Positions 1 through 9,605 of a stretch of DNA of 64,000 bases are shown here, piece by piece. The stretch's first letter is position 1, and each line of letters begins with the position of its first letter. The DNA comes from an uncultured bacterium. GTDB lineage: Bacteria; Chloroflexota; UBA5177; JANWHV01. The DNA is taken from NCBI GenBank assembly GCA_963729625.1, contig CAVSOU010000010.1, positions 1,088,001-1,152,000 of the forward strand. Reading direction: 5' to 3'. The notes below the pieces were generated by a model, which saw only the letters and a list, made by a program, of their open reading frames with translations, was not told the DNA's origin and did not search any database. The translations under genes and the position numbers were made by a program.

Positions 1-1237
1 TGAACGCAGCCGTGGCGACCGCGATGTAGGCGGCGGGCGAAAAGCGGTCCAGCAGCTGCAAGTAGGCGCGCCGGATCGCAGGTGCGCCCACCCGGCTGTC
101 CGCCGTCAACGCGTGGAGCGCCGGGAGCAGCGCCAGGGCGATGGCCGCCATGCCACCGACCCAGAGGGCCATGGCGAGCAAGTGTAGCCAGTCGAGCAGT
201 ATCGACGTCACCACCAGTTGTGGCACCGCCGCCGCGTGCCCGGAGCAAGCGATGGCCAGCAAGTAGGCTAGTCCCAGCGTGGTGACGGTCCAACTCACGA
301 TAGCGCCGGGCGCATCGGTCGTCGTCTCGTCGAGCACGCGTCCGCCCGGCAGATGGCGTCGCGAACCCGCGCCTGCACCGGAGACGGGCCGGCGTGCCCC
401 GGTTGCCTGGCGCAGGGGCCGGCCGGCCAGCGCGCCGCCCAGCGTTAACACCGCCAGGAAGGACAGCAGCATGCGTGCTAGCCAGTAGGTGCCGTACCGG
501 GCGCTCAGGATGGCGTCCAGCGTAGTGGACGACGCCACGCCGCTCCAGCCGCTGGCGCCGTAGGCCTGCGTTTCCAGCTCCAGCAACGACGTCACCAGCG
601 AGGCCAGCAGACCCAGCCGGGCCAGCAGCAGGCAGCGGCGACCGGCGGCCCGTGCGAGGGCGACGAGCGCGCCATGACTCGTGGCAGCGCGTGCGGGGAG
701 CAGCACCAACACCAGCAGCAGCAGGGCACCGGTCCAGAGCGCCGAGGCCGCCAGCGCCAGCCAGTGTGCCAGCGCCGCCGCTACCGCTGTGCCGTCCAGC
801 GTGGGGTTTTGCGGCGCGGCGATGGCGCCGACGGCGGCGCTTGGCGTCGTGGCGCCGGGCCCGCCGGCAGTGAAGGTGTAGAAGCCATGCAAGACATGGC
901 CATCTTGCGCCGAATCGCTGGTCCAGAAGACCGAGCAGATCCCATCGGGTAGGGCCGGCAGCGTGACGTCCATCTGCTCGTTGTTCGCCGGGTCGACCCG
1001 GCCGGTATCCTGGTTGATCTGCCGGCCCTCTGCGTCGCGGATCTCGATGCGGGAGAGGGCCGGATTGAGTGCCTCATCGAACCAGAAGTGGTAGGTGGCG
1101 GCCTTCACCACGAGATGGCTATCCGGTGCCAACTCGGCGCGCACCAGATGGGCGTGGGCGGCCGCCTGTCCGGGAATGGCGAAGAGTGCGAGCACCACGG
1201 CGCACGCACTGAGACTCACGCGGCGGCATAGTGTCAT
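1..1237 (-). CDS. CopC-CopD fusion copper transport protein (YcnJ-like), 3' end runs off the window
   Basis: Not in the ORF track. Manual translation from ATG 1237 gives MTLCRRVSLSACAVVLALFAIPGQAAAHAHLVRAELAP...WFDEALNP...FWTSDSAQDGHVLHGFYTF (signal peptide plus CopC domain), then TM segments with CopD motifs (ARYGTYWLAR, SGHAAA, DWLHLLAMALWVGG, LDRFS). RBS-like GAAGGAAGAG upstream. Confidence 0.88.
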   Translation of the reverse strand, partial: MTLCRRVSLSACAVVLALFAIPGQAAAHAHLVRAELAPDSHLVVKAATYHFWFDEALNPALSRIEIRDAEGRQINQDTGRVDPANNEQMDVTLPALPDGICSVFWTSDSAQDGHVLHGFYTFTAGGPGATTPSAAVGAIAAPQNPTLDGTAVAAALAHWLALAASALWTGALLLLVLVLLPARAATSHGALVALARAAGRRCLLLARLGLLASLVTSLLELETQAYGASGWSGVASSTTLDAILSARYGTYWLARMLLSFLAVLTLGGALAGRPLRQATGARRPVSGAGAGSRRHLPGGRVLDETTTDAPGAIVSWTVTTLGLAYLLAIACSGHAAAVPQLVVTSILLDWLHLLAMALWVGGMAAIALALLPALHALTADSRVGAPAIRRAYLQLLDRFSPAAYIAVATAAF

Positions 1238-1339
1238 ACAGGCTCTTCCTTCATGCGAGAGACGCGTGCTTGGGCCCTATCTGGAGGACCGCGGCAGCAG
1301 GCGGATACCCGCCTGCCGCCACATCACGGCGCCGGCCGG

Positions 1340-1726
1340 TCAGATGAGCGAGAAGGTGAACCAGCCTCCGGCGTGGTGACCGTCGTCGGCCGAGATGGTG
1401 TACCAGATCAGGGCATAGGAGCCCTTGGCCAGCTTGGGGACGGTCATGGTCATCTCATGCGCGTTCGAGAAGGAAACCTGGCTGTTCTCGTTATCGTCCT
1501 GACCATGATCGCCCGTGGTCTCGAAGATGCCGATGAAGCTCCCCTTGGGGTTGACCCCCTCGGCGAAAAAGCACTGCACCGCCTTGGGCATGACCTTGAG
1601 CTTGGCGCCGGGTGCGATGTTGCACTTCTGCAGGCTGGCGTGGGCCAGCGCCACGCGCGGCGCCAGGGCGCTCACGCCCAGGACCAAGGCCAGCGCGGCA
1701 AGCCAGCGAGTGAAATGGATGCGCAT
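1340..1726 (-). CDS. copC: Secreted copper-binding protein CopC
   Basis: AGGAGG precedes ATG 1726; signal peptide ending ALA; mature N-terminal His; C-terminal WYTISADDGHHAGGWFTF CopC signature. Confidence 0.88.
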   Translation of the reverse strand: MRIHFTRWLAALALVLGVSALAPRVALAHASLQKCNIAPGAKLKVMPKAVQCFFAEGVNPKGSFIGIFETTGDHGQDDNENSQVSFSNAHEMTMTVPKLAKGSYALIWYTISADDGHHAGGWFTFSLI

Positions 1727-1957
1727 GTGACTTCCTCCTGATCGAGATGCCCTTGAAGGGCTCATGTGAGGCAAGAGACGAGGTAGCCGTTATCGAGCAG
1801 CGCGCTGCCCGTTTGTCAGCCCGAGGTCATCGCGCTGCAGACCCGCAGCGACGCGGTGCAGTCAACCACCGGCCCACGCGATACCGTGCTGAGGCCAGGC
1901 AAATCCTGACCGGCTGCATGTGGCTTGTGTCGGCGGCGAGGGGTGGTGTGGCGACGC

Positions 1958-2737
1958 TCAGACCGGCGGCGGTCGCGAAAGCGCACCGGGGCCGCACAAG
2001 CGACTGAGCTGGGCTTGAAGCGGCACCACGGGGAAGTGAACGCGGCGCGGCGCCTGTAGGGCCCGTCTGAGCAGTCGGCGCAGTGCGCTGATCACTGCCT
2101 GCAGCGCCACCAAACGGTATTCGAGCCGCCAGACTAGCAGCGCAAGCAGGAGTGCCACCACGAGGTGCACGGGCAGGACAGGAAGCGTGCTCTGCACCGC
2201 CATGTCCATGGGCACGCTATGCATGCGCATGGCAACGGTCATCGGCAGGCAGCGCTCGGCGAGCGCGTACAGGGCGACCTGGCTTGCCAGGAGTGTCACG
2301 AACAGCGCAACCAGGCGTCCGCGGTGCAGCGGGGTTCGAGGTAGCGCCGGTGAGAGCACTGGCAGGTTCCGCGCGATCAGGGTGAGGCTGCGCTGCTGGT
2401 GACGCAGCGCGCGCAGTTCGCACCACACGGCGAGCAACGTCAGCAGAGCGGCGACGAACACCACCAGGAGTCCGCCCCGCACCGGGCAATGCGCCAGCAT
2501 GAATGCCAGCGACGCCTGCCGCCCGTCGACAGTACCCAACCCCACGTGGTATTCGACGACGTGGACGAGCGCCGCGCCCAGACCGGCAGAGCACAGCAGC
2601 GCGCCTGTCCCTGCGGTGAGCACAACCGTGCCGGCACCGGCGCGCATGCGCGGCAGCGGGAACCAGACGGCCTGTGCGAAACGGGTGCTTGAAGAAGCCG
2701 GCTCGGAGCGGGAAGGATCCATACTCATAGTATGCAT
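1958..2737 (-). CDS. His/Met/Cys-rich membrane protein with C-terminal RPPP (RAPP-like) motif, upstream of copC
   Basis: About four hydrophobic segments; HVVEYH, AHCP and MTVAMRMHSVPMDM; ends LSRPPPV-stop; same strand as and directly upstream of the copper genes. Start codon uncertain. Confidence 0.7.
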   Translation of the reverse strand: MHTMSMDPSRSEPASSSTRFAQAVWFPLPRMRAGAGTVVLTAGTGALLCSAGLGAALVHVVEYHVGLGTVDGRQASLAFMLAHCPVRGGLLVVFVAALLTLLAVWCELRALRHQQRSLTLIARNLPVLSPALPRTPLHRGRLVALFVTLLASQVALYALAERCLPMTVAMRMHSVPMDMAVQSTLPVLPVHLVVALLLALLVWRLEYRLVALQAVISALRRLLRRALQAPRRVHFPVVPLQAQLSRLCGPGALSRPPPV

Positions 2738-3186
2738 GGTTATCCGTTGTCACTTCGGGCACGCACCCGTGTAGCCTGCGCGAACGGCATCTTCACGGTT
2801 TGCTTGAGACCGCACACCCCCGCCGCGCCGCCGGCTATGCGGCCACATATCGCCCAAGCTTTGGGGCCAGAAAGCGATCAAGGTGACAGGCCGGCGCGTC
2901 CACGGCAGACGAAGACGTCCGCGCCCCCAGAATCGTGCCGTTCGATGGAGATCCCGTCGAGTCTTCACTCTGCCCCCCATGGCAGCGCCCGCGGGCGCTG
3001 CCGCCTCCGCACATGAAAACGCCGCTCGTCCGGCCGCAGCCGGCGAGCCCCCACCGCTGTGAGGATCGACTGCCATCCGCAGCTGGAGGCTATTTTTCAG
3101 CCTCGGCGCCATAGGCCTCCTTGGCAGCGGGTGTGACAGTGCGATAACCTCACCGTGCGCGTTAGAATTCGATTCCAGGGGGTATT

Positions 3187-4221
3187 GTGGCAATTCCACT
3201 GCTCAGCACGACACGAAACGAGGTCGTTGAGCGCCTGGAGCGCGGTCATTGCGTCATTGCCGATGCTTCGGGATCGGTCATCTGGTCCGTGGGCAACCCC
3301 GACCACGTCACGTACCTCCGATCTTCAGCCAAGCCCTTGCAGGCAGCCGCACTTGTGCTGAGCGGCGCCATCGAGCGTTTCGGTCTGGCCGACGCAAATG
3401 TCGCCGTAGCCTGCGGCTCGCACCGCGGTGAGCCGGGCCACGTGCGCGCTGTGCTGGACACGCTCAGCCGGGCCGGTGTAAGCCCCGACGCGCTCGGCTG
3501 CGGGACTCACCCGCTGAATCACGCCGAGGGTTTCCGGCTGGCGGCTGACGGGCAGACTCCCACGCCGCTGCACAACAACTGCTCAGGCAAACACGCGGGC
3601 ATGTTGGCGGCGGCCACCGCGCTTGGCGCTCCTATCGACACCTATCTGGATCCCGCTCATCCTGTCCAGCGGCAGATACTGGACACGGTGGCGACATGCG
3701 CCGGCGTGCCTGCCGCGTCCATACACGTGGGCATCGACGGCTGCAGCGCGCCCAACTTCGCACTGCCGATGCGCACGATAGCCCGCTGTTTCGCAAACAT
3801 CGCCAGGGCGAACGATTTGCCGGCGGACCTTTGCGGGGCGCTTGCGTGTGTGCGATCCGCCATGCAGGCCCAGCCATGGTTCGTCTCGGGCACCGGACAG
3901 TTCGACACGCTGGTCATGGACGCGATGCCGGGTGCAGTCATAGCGAAGGGCGGCGCTGAGGCACTGCATTGCGTCGCCCTGCCGAGCCTCGGCCTGGGTG
4001 TCGCGGTGAAGTTTGAGAGCGGCAGGCCCGACGGCATCGCGTCCATTGTGCTGGCAATCCTGCGTGCCGCAGGCGTCTTCGGGTCCAGTTTGCCCAGCAG
4101 CCTGCAACCCTTCTACCGGCCCGTGGTACTCAACCACCGAGAGATAGTCGTGGGAAGGACGCAGGTGCTCATCGATGAGGCACTGTCGAAACTTCGTGAG
4201 CTAAATCTCGCGCGGGCCTGA
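3187..4221 (+). CDS. L-asparaginase II (Rhizobium etli-type, class 3)
   Basis: RSSAKPLQ, ACGSHRGE, HNNCSGKHAGML, DGCSAP and AKGGAE motifs. Confidence 0.9.
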   Translation: MAIPLLSTTRNEVVERLERGHCVIADASGSVIWSVGNPDHVTYLRSSAKPLQAAALVLSGAIERFGLADANVAVACGSHRGEPGHVRAVLDTLSRAGVSPDALGCGTHPLNHAEGFRLAADGQTPTPLHNNCSGKHAGMLAAATALGAPIDTYLDPAHPVQRQILDTVATCAGVPAASIHVGIDGCSAPNFALPMRTIARCFANIARANDLPADLCGALACVRSAMQAQPWFVSGTGQFDTLVMDAMPGAVIAKGGAEALHCVALPSLGLGVAVKFESGRPDGIASIVLAILRAAGVFGSSLPSSLQPFYRPVVLNHREIVVGRTQVLIDEALSKLRELNLARA

Positions 4222-4359
4222 GTGGGTTCTCTTCGGCAGAATGTTAGGGGCAACCGGTACCAACATGGCGGGGCCATTAGGCTCTAGTGGCTCGCATCCG
4301 GAGTGATACGATTGCCACAGCTATGAGTTCGGCGCTCGAAGCACTGAGGAGGCAGCACA

Positions 4360-5565
4360 ATGTCGCCTGTCTTGTCGCACTCACCGGACGGAGACATTCC
4401 GGCAGTTGTGGAGCGCGGCGAGTTGCCGGCGCTCTTTGAGGCGCTGGTCACGCGTGGGTACGCCCTGATAGGGCCGACCGTGCGCGACAACGCCATTACA
4501 TACGGCGATCTGGCCACGGTCGATGACCTGCCAGTTGGCTGGACTGACGAGCAAAATGCAGGCACGTACCGGCTCGCGCACCGTGACGACGGCGCGCTGT
4601 TTGGCTATACCGTAGGACCCCACAGCTGGAAACAGCTGCTCTGGCCTCCGCGCGTGCAGCTGATGCGTGCCCGCCGTGAGAACGGCGTGCTGTCCTTCTA
4701 TCAGGATGACCCAGCGCCCGCAAAGATGGCCTTTATCGGTGTGCGCGCGTGCGAATTGCACGCGATGTCCATCCAGGACAAAGTGTTCTTGCAGGGGCAG
4801 TACCAGGATCCAATCTATGCGGCGCGGCGCGGCGGCGCGTTTATCGTCGCCGTGAACTGCGGCCTGGCGGGGGGGACCTGCTTTTGTGCCTCGATGCACA
4901 CCGGACCTCGCGCGGACGCCGGTTTTGACCTGGCGTTGACCGAGGTTCTGGAAGCCGGTCGGCACTACTTTGTGGTGGAGACGGGGTCAGACGCGGGACG
5001 CGAGGTGCTTCAGAATATCCCGAACCGCGGCGCGAGTCAGGCCGAGCAAGAGGCGGCCTCAGGTATCGTCGCCCGTACCGCTGAGTCGATGGGCCGCACG
5101 CTCGATATGGACGGCCTCCAGGAATTCCTGTACGCGAACCACGACAACCCGCGTTGGGACGCCGTGGCGGATCGCTGCCTGAGTTGCGCGAGCTGCACGA
5201 TGGTATGCCCGACCTGCTTCTGTATGTCGGTGGAGGATGTGACAGATCTGAAGGGCGGTATGGCCGAGCGTTATCGCGTGTGGGCGTCGTGCTTCAGCAT
5301 TTATTACTCATACATTCATGGCGGCAGCGTGCGACGGTCAGTGAAAGCCCGCTATCGCCAGTGGCTGACACACAAGCTCGCCACGTGGGCTGAACAATTT
5401 GGCGTTCCGGGCTGCGTGGGATGCGGCCGATGCATCACCTGGTGTCCGGTGAGCATCGACATTACCGAAGAGGTGCGAGCTATGCGGCCGAGCTCCGCTG
5501 AGCCGAACCTCGCAGGCCGGCACGGAGGGGCTGCCGCGCGGACTGGAAGGGGGAACGTTCAGTGA
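4360..5565 (+). CDS. hyhB: Group 3b [NiFe] hydrogenase (sulfhydrogenase) Fe-S beta subunit
   Basis: [41 protein letters not shown] and [13 protein letters not shown] motifs; GAGGAGG RBS. Confidence 0.92.
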   Translation: MSPVLSHSPDGDIPAVVERGELPALFEALVTRGYALIGPTVRDNAITYGDLATVDDLPVGWTDEQNAGTYRLAHRDDGALFGYTVGPHSWKQLLWPPRVQLMRARRENGVLSFYQDDPAPAKMAFIGVRACELHAMSIQDKVFLQGQYQDPIYAARRGGAFIVAVNCGLAGGTCFCASMHTGPRADAGFDLALTEVLEAGRHYFVVETGSDAGREVLQNIPNRGASQAEQEAASGIVARTAESMGRTLDMDGLQEFLYANHDNPRWDAVADRCLSCASCTMVCPTCFCMSVEDVTDLKGGMAERYRVWASCFSIYYSYIHGGSVRRSVKARYRQWLTHKLATWAEQFGVPGCVGCGRCITWCPVSIDITEEVRAMRPSSAEPNLAGRHGGAAARTGRGNVQ

Positions 5566-6431
5566 GCACGACCGTGCTGGAAGCTCGACCGGCTGACGCG
5601 GTGCAACCCATGCTGCCCAGACCGTATGTCGTTGCGCGCGTGCACAAGGACACGGCGGACACGTTTACGCTCGAAATCCACTCGCTCGACGGCCAGGGTC
5701 TCGTCTACGCCCCCGGCCAGTTCACGATGCTCTACGCGTTCGGCGTCGGCGAGGTGCCGATATCGATCAGCGGCGACCCCGCCAAGACCGATCCATTGGT
5801 GCAGACGATTCGCGCCGTGGGTCCCGTGTCGAAGGCGCTTACCGATGTAAAGCGCGACGAGATGATCGGCGTGCGTGGCCCGTTTGGCAGTCACTGGCCG
5901 GTCGAGGAGGCCGTGGATCATGATGTGCTGCTCATGGCCGGCGGCATCGGCTTGGCGCCACTTCGCCCTGCCCTCTACTACTTGCTCGCGCACCGCGACC
6001 GCTTCCGGCGTATCACGCTCCTCTACGGGAGCCGCACGCCCGCTGATCTCCTCTACCGTCAGGAGCTGGAGCGCTGGCGCGGACGACTCGATCTGGACGT
6101 GTCTGTGACGGTCGACAACGCCACCACGACCTGGCCGGTGTGGCGCGGCGGTGTCGGCGTGGTCACCACGCTCATCCCAAGGGCGCACTTCGATCCGGAT
6201 TCCACGATCGCCATGATTTGCGGGCCAGACATCATGATGCGCTACAGCGCCAGGGATTTGCAACAGCTCGGCGTGAGCGCTCAGAAGATTTTTCTGTCCA
6301 TCGAGCTCAACATGCAGTGCGGTATCGGCCTGTGCGGTCACTGCCAGTTCGGACCGACGTTTGTTTGCAAGAATGGACCGGTCTACCGCCTCGACAAGGT
6401 GGCCCACCTGCTGGCGAAACGGGAGATTTGA
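5562..6431 (+). CDS. hyhG: Group 3b hydrogenase FAD/NAD(P)-binding gamma subunit
   Basis: [31 protein letters not shown] and the CGIGLCGHC...VCKNGPVY [2Fe-2S] motif; GTGA overlap with the previous gene. Confidence 0.92.
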   Translation: MSTTVLEARPADAVQPMLPRPYVVARVHKDTADTFTLEIHSLDGQGLVYAPGQFTMLYAFGVGEVPISISGDPAKTDPLVQTIRAVGPVSKALTDVKRDEMIGVRGPFGSHWPVEEAVDHDVLLMAGGIGLAPLRPALYYLLAHRDRFRRITLLYGSRTPADLLYRQELERWRGRLDLDVSVTVDNATTTWPVWRGGVGVVTTLIPRAHFDPDSTIAMICGPDIMMRYSARDLQQLGVSAQKIFLSIELNMQCGIGLCGHCQFGPTFVCKNGPVYRLDKVAHLLAKREI

Positions 6432-6432
6432 G

Positions 6433-7212
6433 ATGGCACAACAACGCCTGCCCAAACTAGCAGTGTGGAAGTTCGCATCGTGCGACGGGTGCCAGCTCAG
6501 CCTTCTCGACTGCGAGGACGCGCTGCTCGCGGTGGCCGGACAGGTCCACATCGCCAACTTCCCCGAGGCGTCGCGCGCGGTCGCGCGCGGCCCATACGAT
6601 TTGTCCCTCGTGGAAGGGTCGGTGACGACGCCGCACGACGTGGTGCGTGTCAAGGAGGTTCGCCAGTCTTCGCGCTTCCTGGTGGCGATTGGTGCGTGCG
6701 CAAATTCCGGAGGTATCCAGGCGCTGCGCAACTTCAAGAACGTAAAGGAGTTCATCTCTACCGTCTACGCCAATCCCGAGTACATAGACACGTTAAGCAC
6801 GTCCACGGCGATCGCCGACCACGTTCCCGTCGACTTCGAGCTGCGAGGTTGTCCGATTAACAAACTCCAGCTCATCGAAGTGATTAACGCCTTCTTGAAC
6901 GGCCGCAGGCCAATCATCCCTGCGTACAGTGTCTGCGTCGAATGCAAGCTGCGTGGCACCCCGTGCGTGATGGTCTCGCAAGGTACGCCGTGTCTGGGGC
7001 CTGTCACGCAGGCCGGTTGCGGCAGTTTGTGCCCGTCATACAATCGCGGGTGTTTTGGCTGCTATGGGCCACAGGAGACGGCAAACACGACATCTCTGGC
7101 TCACTGCTGGGGCCAGCTGGGCGTAAGTGACAGCGGTATCATGCGCGTATTCCGCACGTTCAACGCCAATGCCGCGCCGTTCAGAGAAGAGAGTAGGGCG
7201 CATGAGCACTAG
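6433..7212 (+). CDS. hyhS: Group 3b hydrogenase small (delta) subunit
   Basis: [39 protein letters not shown] and CFGCYGP motifs; ATG lies one base after the gamma-subunit stop. Confidence 0.92.
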   Translation: MAQQRLPKLAVWKFASCDGCQLSLLDCEDALLAVAGQVHIANFPEASRAVARGPYDLSLVEGSVTTPHDVVRVKEVRQSSRFLVAIGACANSGGIQALRNFKNVKEFISTVYANPEYIDTLSTSTAIADHVPVDFELRGCPINKLQLIEVINAFLNGRRPIIPAYSVCVECKLRGTPCVMVSQGTPCLGPVTQAGCGSLCPSYNRGCFGCYGPQETANTTSLAHCWGQLGVSDSGIMRVFRTFNANAAPFREESRAHEH

Positions 7213-8491
7213 AACCATTCTGGTCGATCAACTGGCGAGGGTGGAGGGTGAGGGCGCTCTCACAATCCAGATCAAGGGCAACGTACTGCAGGACGTGAAG
7301 CTCCGCTTTTTCGAGCCGCCGCGTTTCTTCGAGGCGATGCTGCGTGGACGGTACTTTACCGAGGCGCCCGACATCACCGCACGCATCTGCGGGATCTGCC
7401 CGGTTGCGTATCAGATGTGCGCCGTGCAGGCCATGGAGGCTGCCTGCGGCGTCGAGGTGACTGGACCGTTGCGCGCGCTGAGGAGATTGCTCTACTGTGG
7501 CGAGTGGATCGAGAGCCACGCCCTGCATGTCTACCTCTTGCACGCGCCCGACTTTCTTGGCTATCAGGATGCCATCTCCATGGCCAAGGACCACGGCGAT
7601 GCGGTCAAGCGCGGCCTCCAGCTCAAGAAGGCCGGAAATGAAATTGTCAACGTCGTCGGTGGGCGCGAGATCCATCCAATCAACGTGCGCGTTGGTGGCT
7701 TCTACAAGGTGCCAACGCGAAAGGACCTGGCGCCCGTGCTCGAGCACCTCAAGTGGGCTCTCGATGCCGCGTTGGAAACTGTGAAATTGACCGCGGGCCT
7801 CACGTTCCCGGACCTGGAGTTCGATTACGAATTCGTGGGCCTCAGTCACCCGAATGAGTACGCGATCACCGACGGCCGCCTGGTGTCAAATCGCGGACTC
7901 GACATAGGCGTGCACGACTACGAGCTCCACTTCATCGAGGAACATGTCCGTCACTCAACTGCCATGCACTCGCGCATCCGCGAGCGCGGAGCGTATCATG
8001 TTGGCCCGCTCGCTCGCTACAATCTCAACTTCGATCGACTTTCCCCTCTGGCGCAGGACGCTGCGAAGAGCGCGGGGCTTGGACCCAAGTGCATCAATCC
8101 ATTCCAGAGCATCGTGGTCCGGGCTGTCGAGCTCGTGTATGCGTGCGAGGAAGCGATTCGGCTCATTGAGGACTACGACATGCCGGAGGCGCCGGCGATC
8201 AAGGTCGAGCCGCGCGCGGGCACTGGTTGTGCATGCACGGAGGCGCCGCGAGGCACGCTTTACCACCGGTACACCATCGACGAGCAGGGGATCATCCTGG
8301 ACGCCACGATCGTGCCGCCAACAGCCCAGAACCAGAAGACGATCGAGGGCGACCTGAGCCGCTTCCTCGCCACCCGCTTGGGCATGCCCGAGGATCAGCT
8401 TGTCTGGCAGTGTGAGCAGGCCGTACGCAACTACGATCCCTGCATCTCGTGTTCAACGCACTTCCTGCGACTCGAGATCGAGCGCGTGTGA
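7202..8491 (+). CDS. hyhL: Group 3b [NiFe] hydrogenase large subunit
   Basis: RVEGEG, L1 motif [16 protein letters not shown]2 motif DPCISCSTH followed by a 9-aa extension. Confidence 0.95.
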   Translation: MSTRTILVDQLARVEGEGALTIQIKGNVLQDVKLRFFEPPRFFEAMLRGRYFTEAPDITARICGICPVAYQMCAVQAMEAACGVEVTGPLRALRRLLYCGEWIESHALHVYLLHAPDFLGYQDAISMAKDHGDAVKRGLQLKKAGNEIVNVVGGREIHPINVRVGGFYKVPTRKDLAPVLEHLKWALDAALETVKLTAGLTFPDLEFDYEFVGLSHPNEYAITDGRLVSNRGLDIGVHDYELHFIEEHVRHSTAMHSRIRERGAYHVGPLARYNLNFDRLSPLAQDAAKSAGLGPKCINPFQSIVVRAVELVYACEEAIRLIEDYDMPEAPAIKVEPRAGTGCACTEAPRGTLYHRYTIDEQGIILDATIVPPTAQNQKTIEGDLSRFLATRLGMPEDQLVWQCEQAVRNYDPCISCSTHFLRLEIERV

Positions 8492-8985
8492 CGGAGACCG
8501 GAGCCCCGCTTGGGCCTGGTCTGGAGGGGGCGAGGCGGTTAGCCGCTCATCGCAAGACGGCTCGGCGTGTCTCGTCCTGCTCGTGACTGACTCGCAGTTG
8601 GGCTGAACGGCCCGCGCAGCGACCGCCGCCATCGATTGGAGCAACACGGCCTGCGGTGCACGCGCTGCGTGAGTGCGAACGATCTCACCTGCCTTACGGT
8701 AGCCTGCTTTCTGGGATCGCTGCGCACTCGGTCGCGAAGCACCCGGCCGCGGGTGTCGTGTCCGCTCCCGTCCGGCACACGGACAGGGCCCCGGCGCAGC
8801 CGTCTGCCCGGCAGCCCGCGCTCGCGGCGAACCGCGCCCGCGTGAGTCACGCGGACGCGAAGCCCACGCCACGAGATGCGCCCACGTCGTCGATCACCTT
8901 TCAAGTTAGCCCAGTGGGCGCCGGTCCGTGTGCGCCAACGAGCTCATCGCGCTACGGAGCACGGTGAGCGCGGAAGATGGCGTCG

Positions 8986-9447
8986 CTAGGAGTGCTTTCC
9001 GAAAACGTCCAGGAGCTGGAACTGCGTCGCACGCAGCTGTTCCGCCATAATGGAGGCGAACCGTTGGTGAAACGCGTAGCCAAGGTTGTGGTCCTCCTCG
9101 CATTTGGCCCGCAAGCACTCGCCGTCGAGCGCTAGAGCGCGGGTGAGCTCAACCGCGCGAGCGTCCAGATTCCAGCGATAGGGTGGCACCAGCCAGGACC
9201 ATCCGAAGACATCGCCCTCACCAAACGTCTGAACGACGATCGGTTCCTGCTCCCGCGCAAAGACCTCAAGGCGCACGCTGCCCGCGCGGATAAGGAAGAA
9301 TCGATTTGCGTGTTCGCCCTCTCGAAGTATGTAGTCGCCGGCGTTGAACCGCACATTTGACGCGCAGCCCGCGAGGAGCTGCAGGTAACGTTCTTCGAAG
9401 CCGGCGAAGAAGGGGTGCCGCTCGAGGATCGGTTCCAGGGATTGCAT
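8986..9447 (-). CDS. Cyclic-nucleotide-binding domain protein (no HTH)
   Basis: ILREGEHANRFFLIRAGSV, GDVFGWSWLVPPYRW and ARAVE motifs, the type usually associated with group 3b hydrogenase loci; GGAGG before ATG 9447. Confidence 0.88.
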   Translation of the reverse strand: MQSLEPILERHPFFAGFEERYLQLLAGCASNVRFNAGDYILREGEHANRFFLIRAGSVRLEVFAREQEPIVVQTFGEGDVFGWSWLVPPYRWNLDARAVELTRALALDGECLRAKCEEDHNLGYAFHQRFASIMAEQLRATQFQLLDVFGKHS

Positions 9448-9605
9448 CAACTTCCTCCAATAGCAACGTGAAGCCGGGCTCCGCATGCCGCGATGCTTGT
9501 GTCGATGCCGACCACGCGGTTTCCGCCGAGACTTGAGTTCACACCGGCCATCCCGGACGCGCGGACGACGACACGCATAATGCAGTATAACCGGCCGGAC
9601 AGGGC

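Noticed and set aside
3165-3190. Possible CsoR copper operator (GGGGGTAT) near the copper genes
   Set aside because: Only a half-site with no matching TACCC arm; better explained as the asparaginase RBS.
4300-4322. Crp/Fnr-like site upstream of the hydrogenase (GTGA...CCAC)
   Set aside because: Spacing is two bases too long for TGTGA-N6-TCACA and the match is weak.
8492-8985. Short ORFs that might be the missing hydrogenase protease
   Set aside because: None shows HycI/HybD motifs (GxGN, DDG); the translations are Arg/Pro-rich noise.
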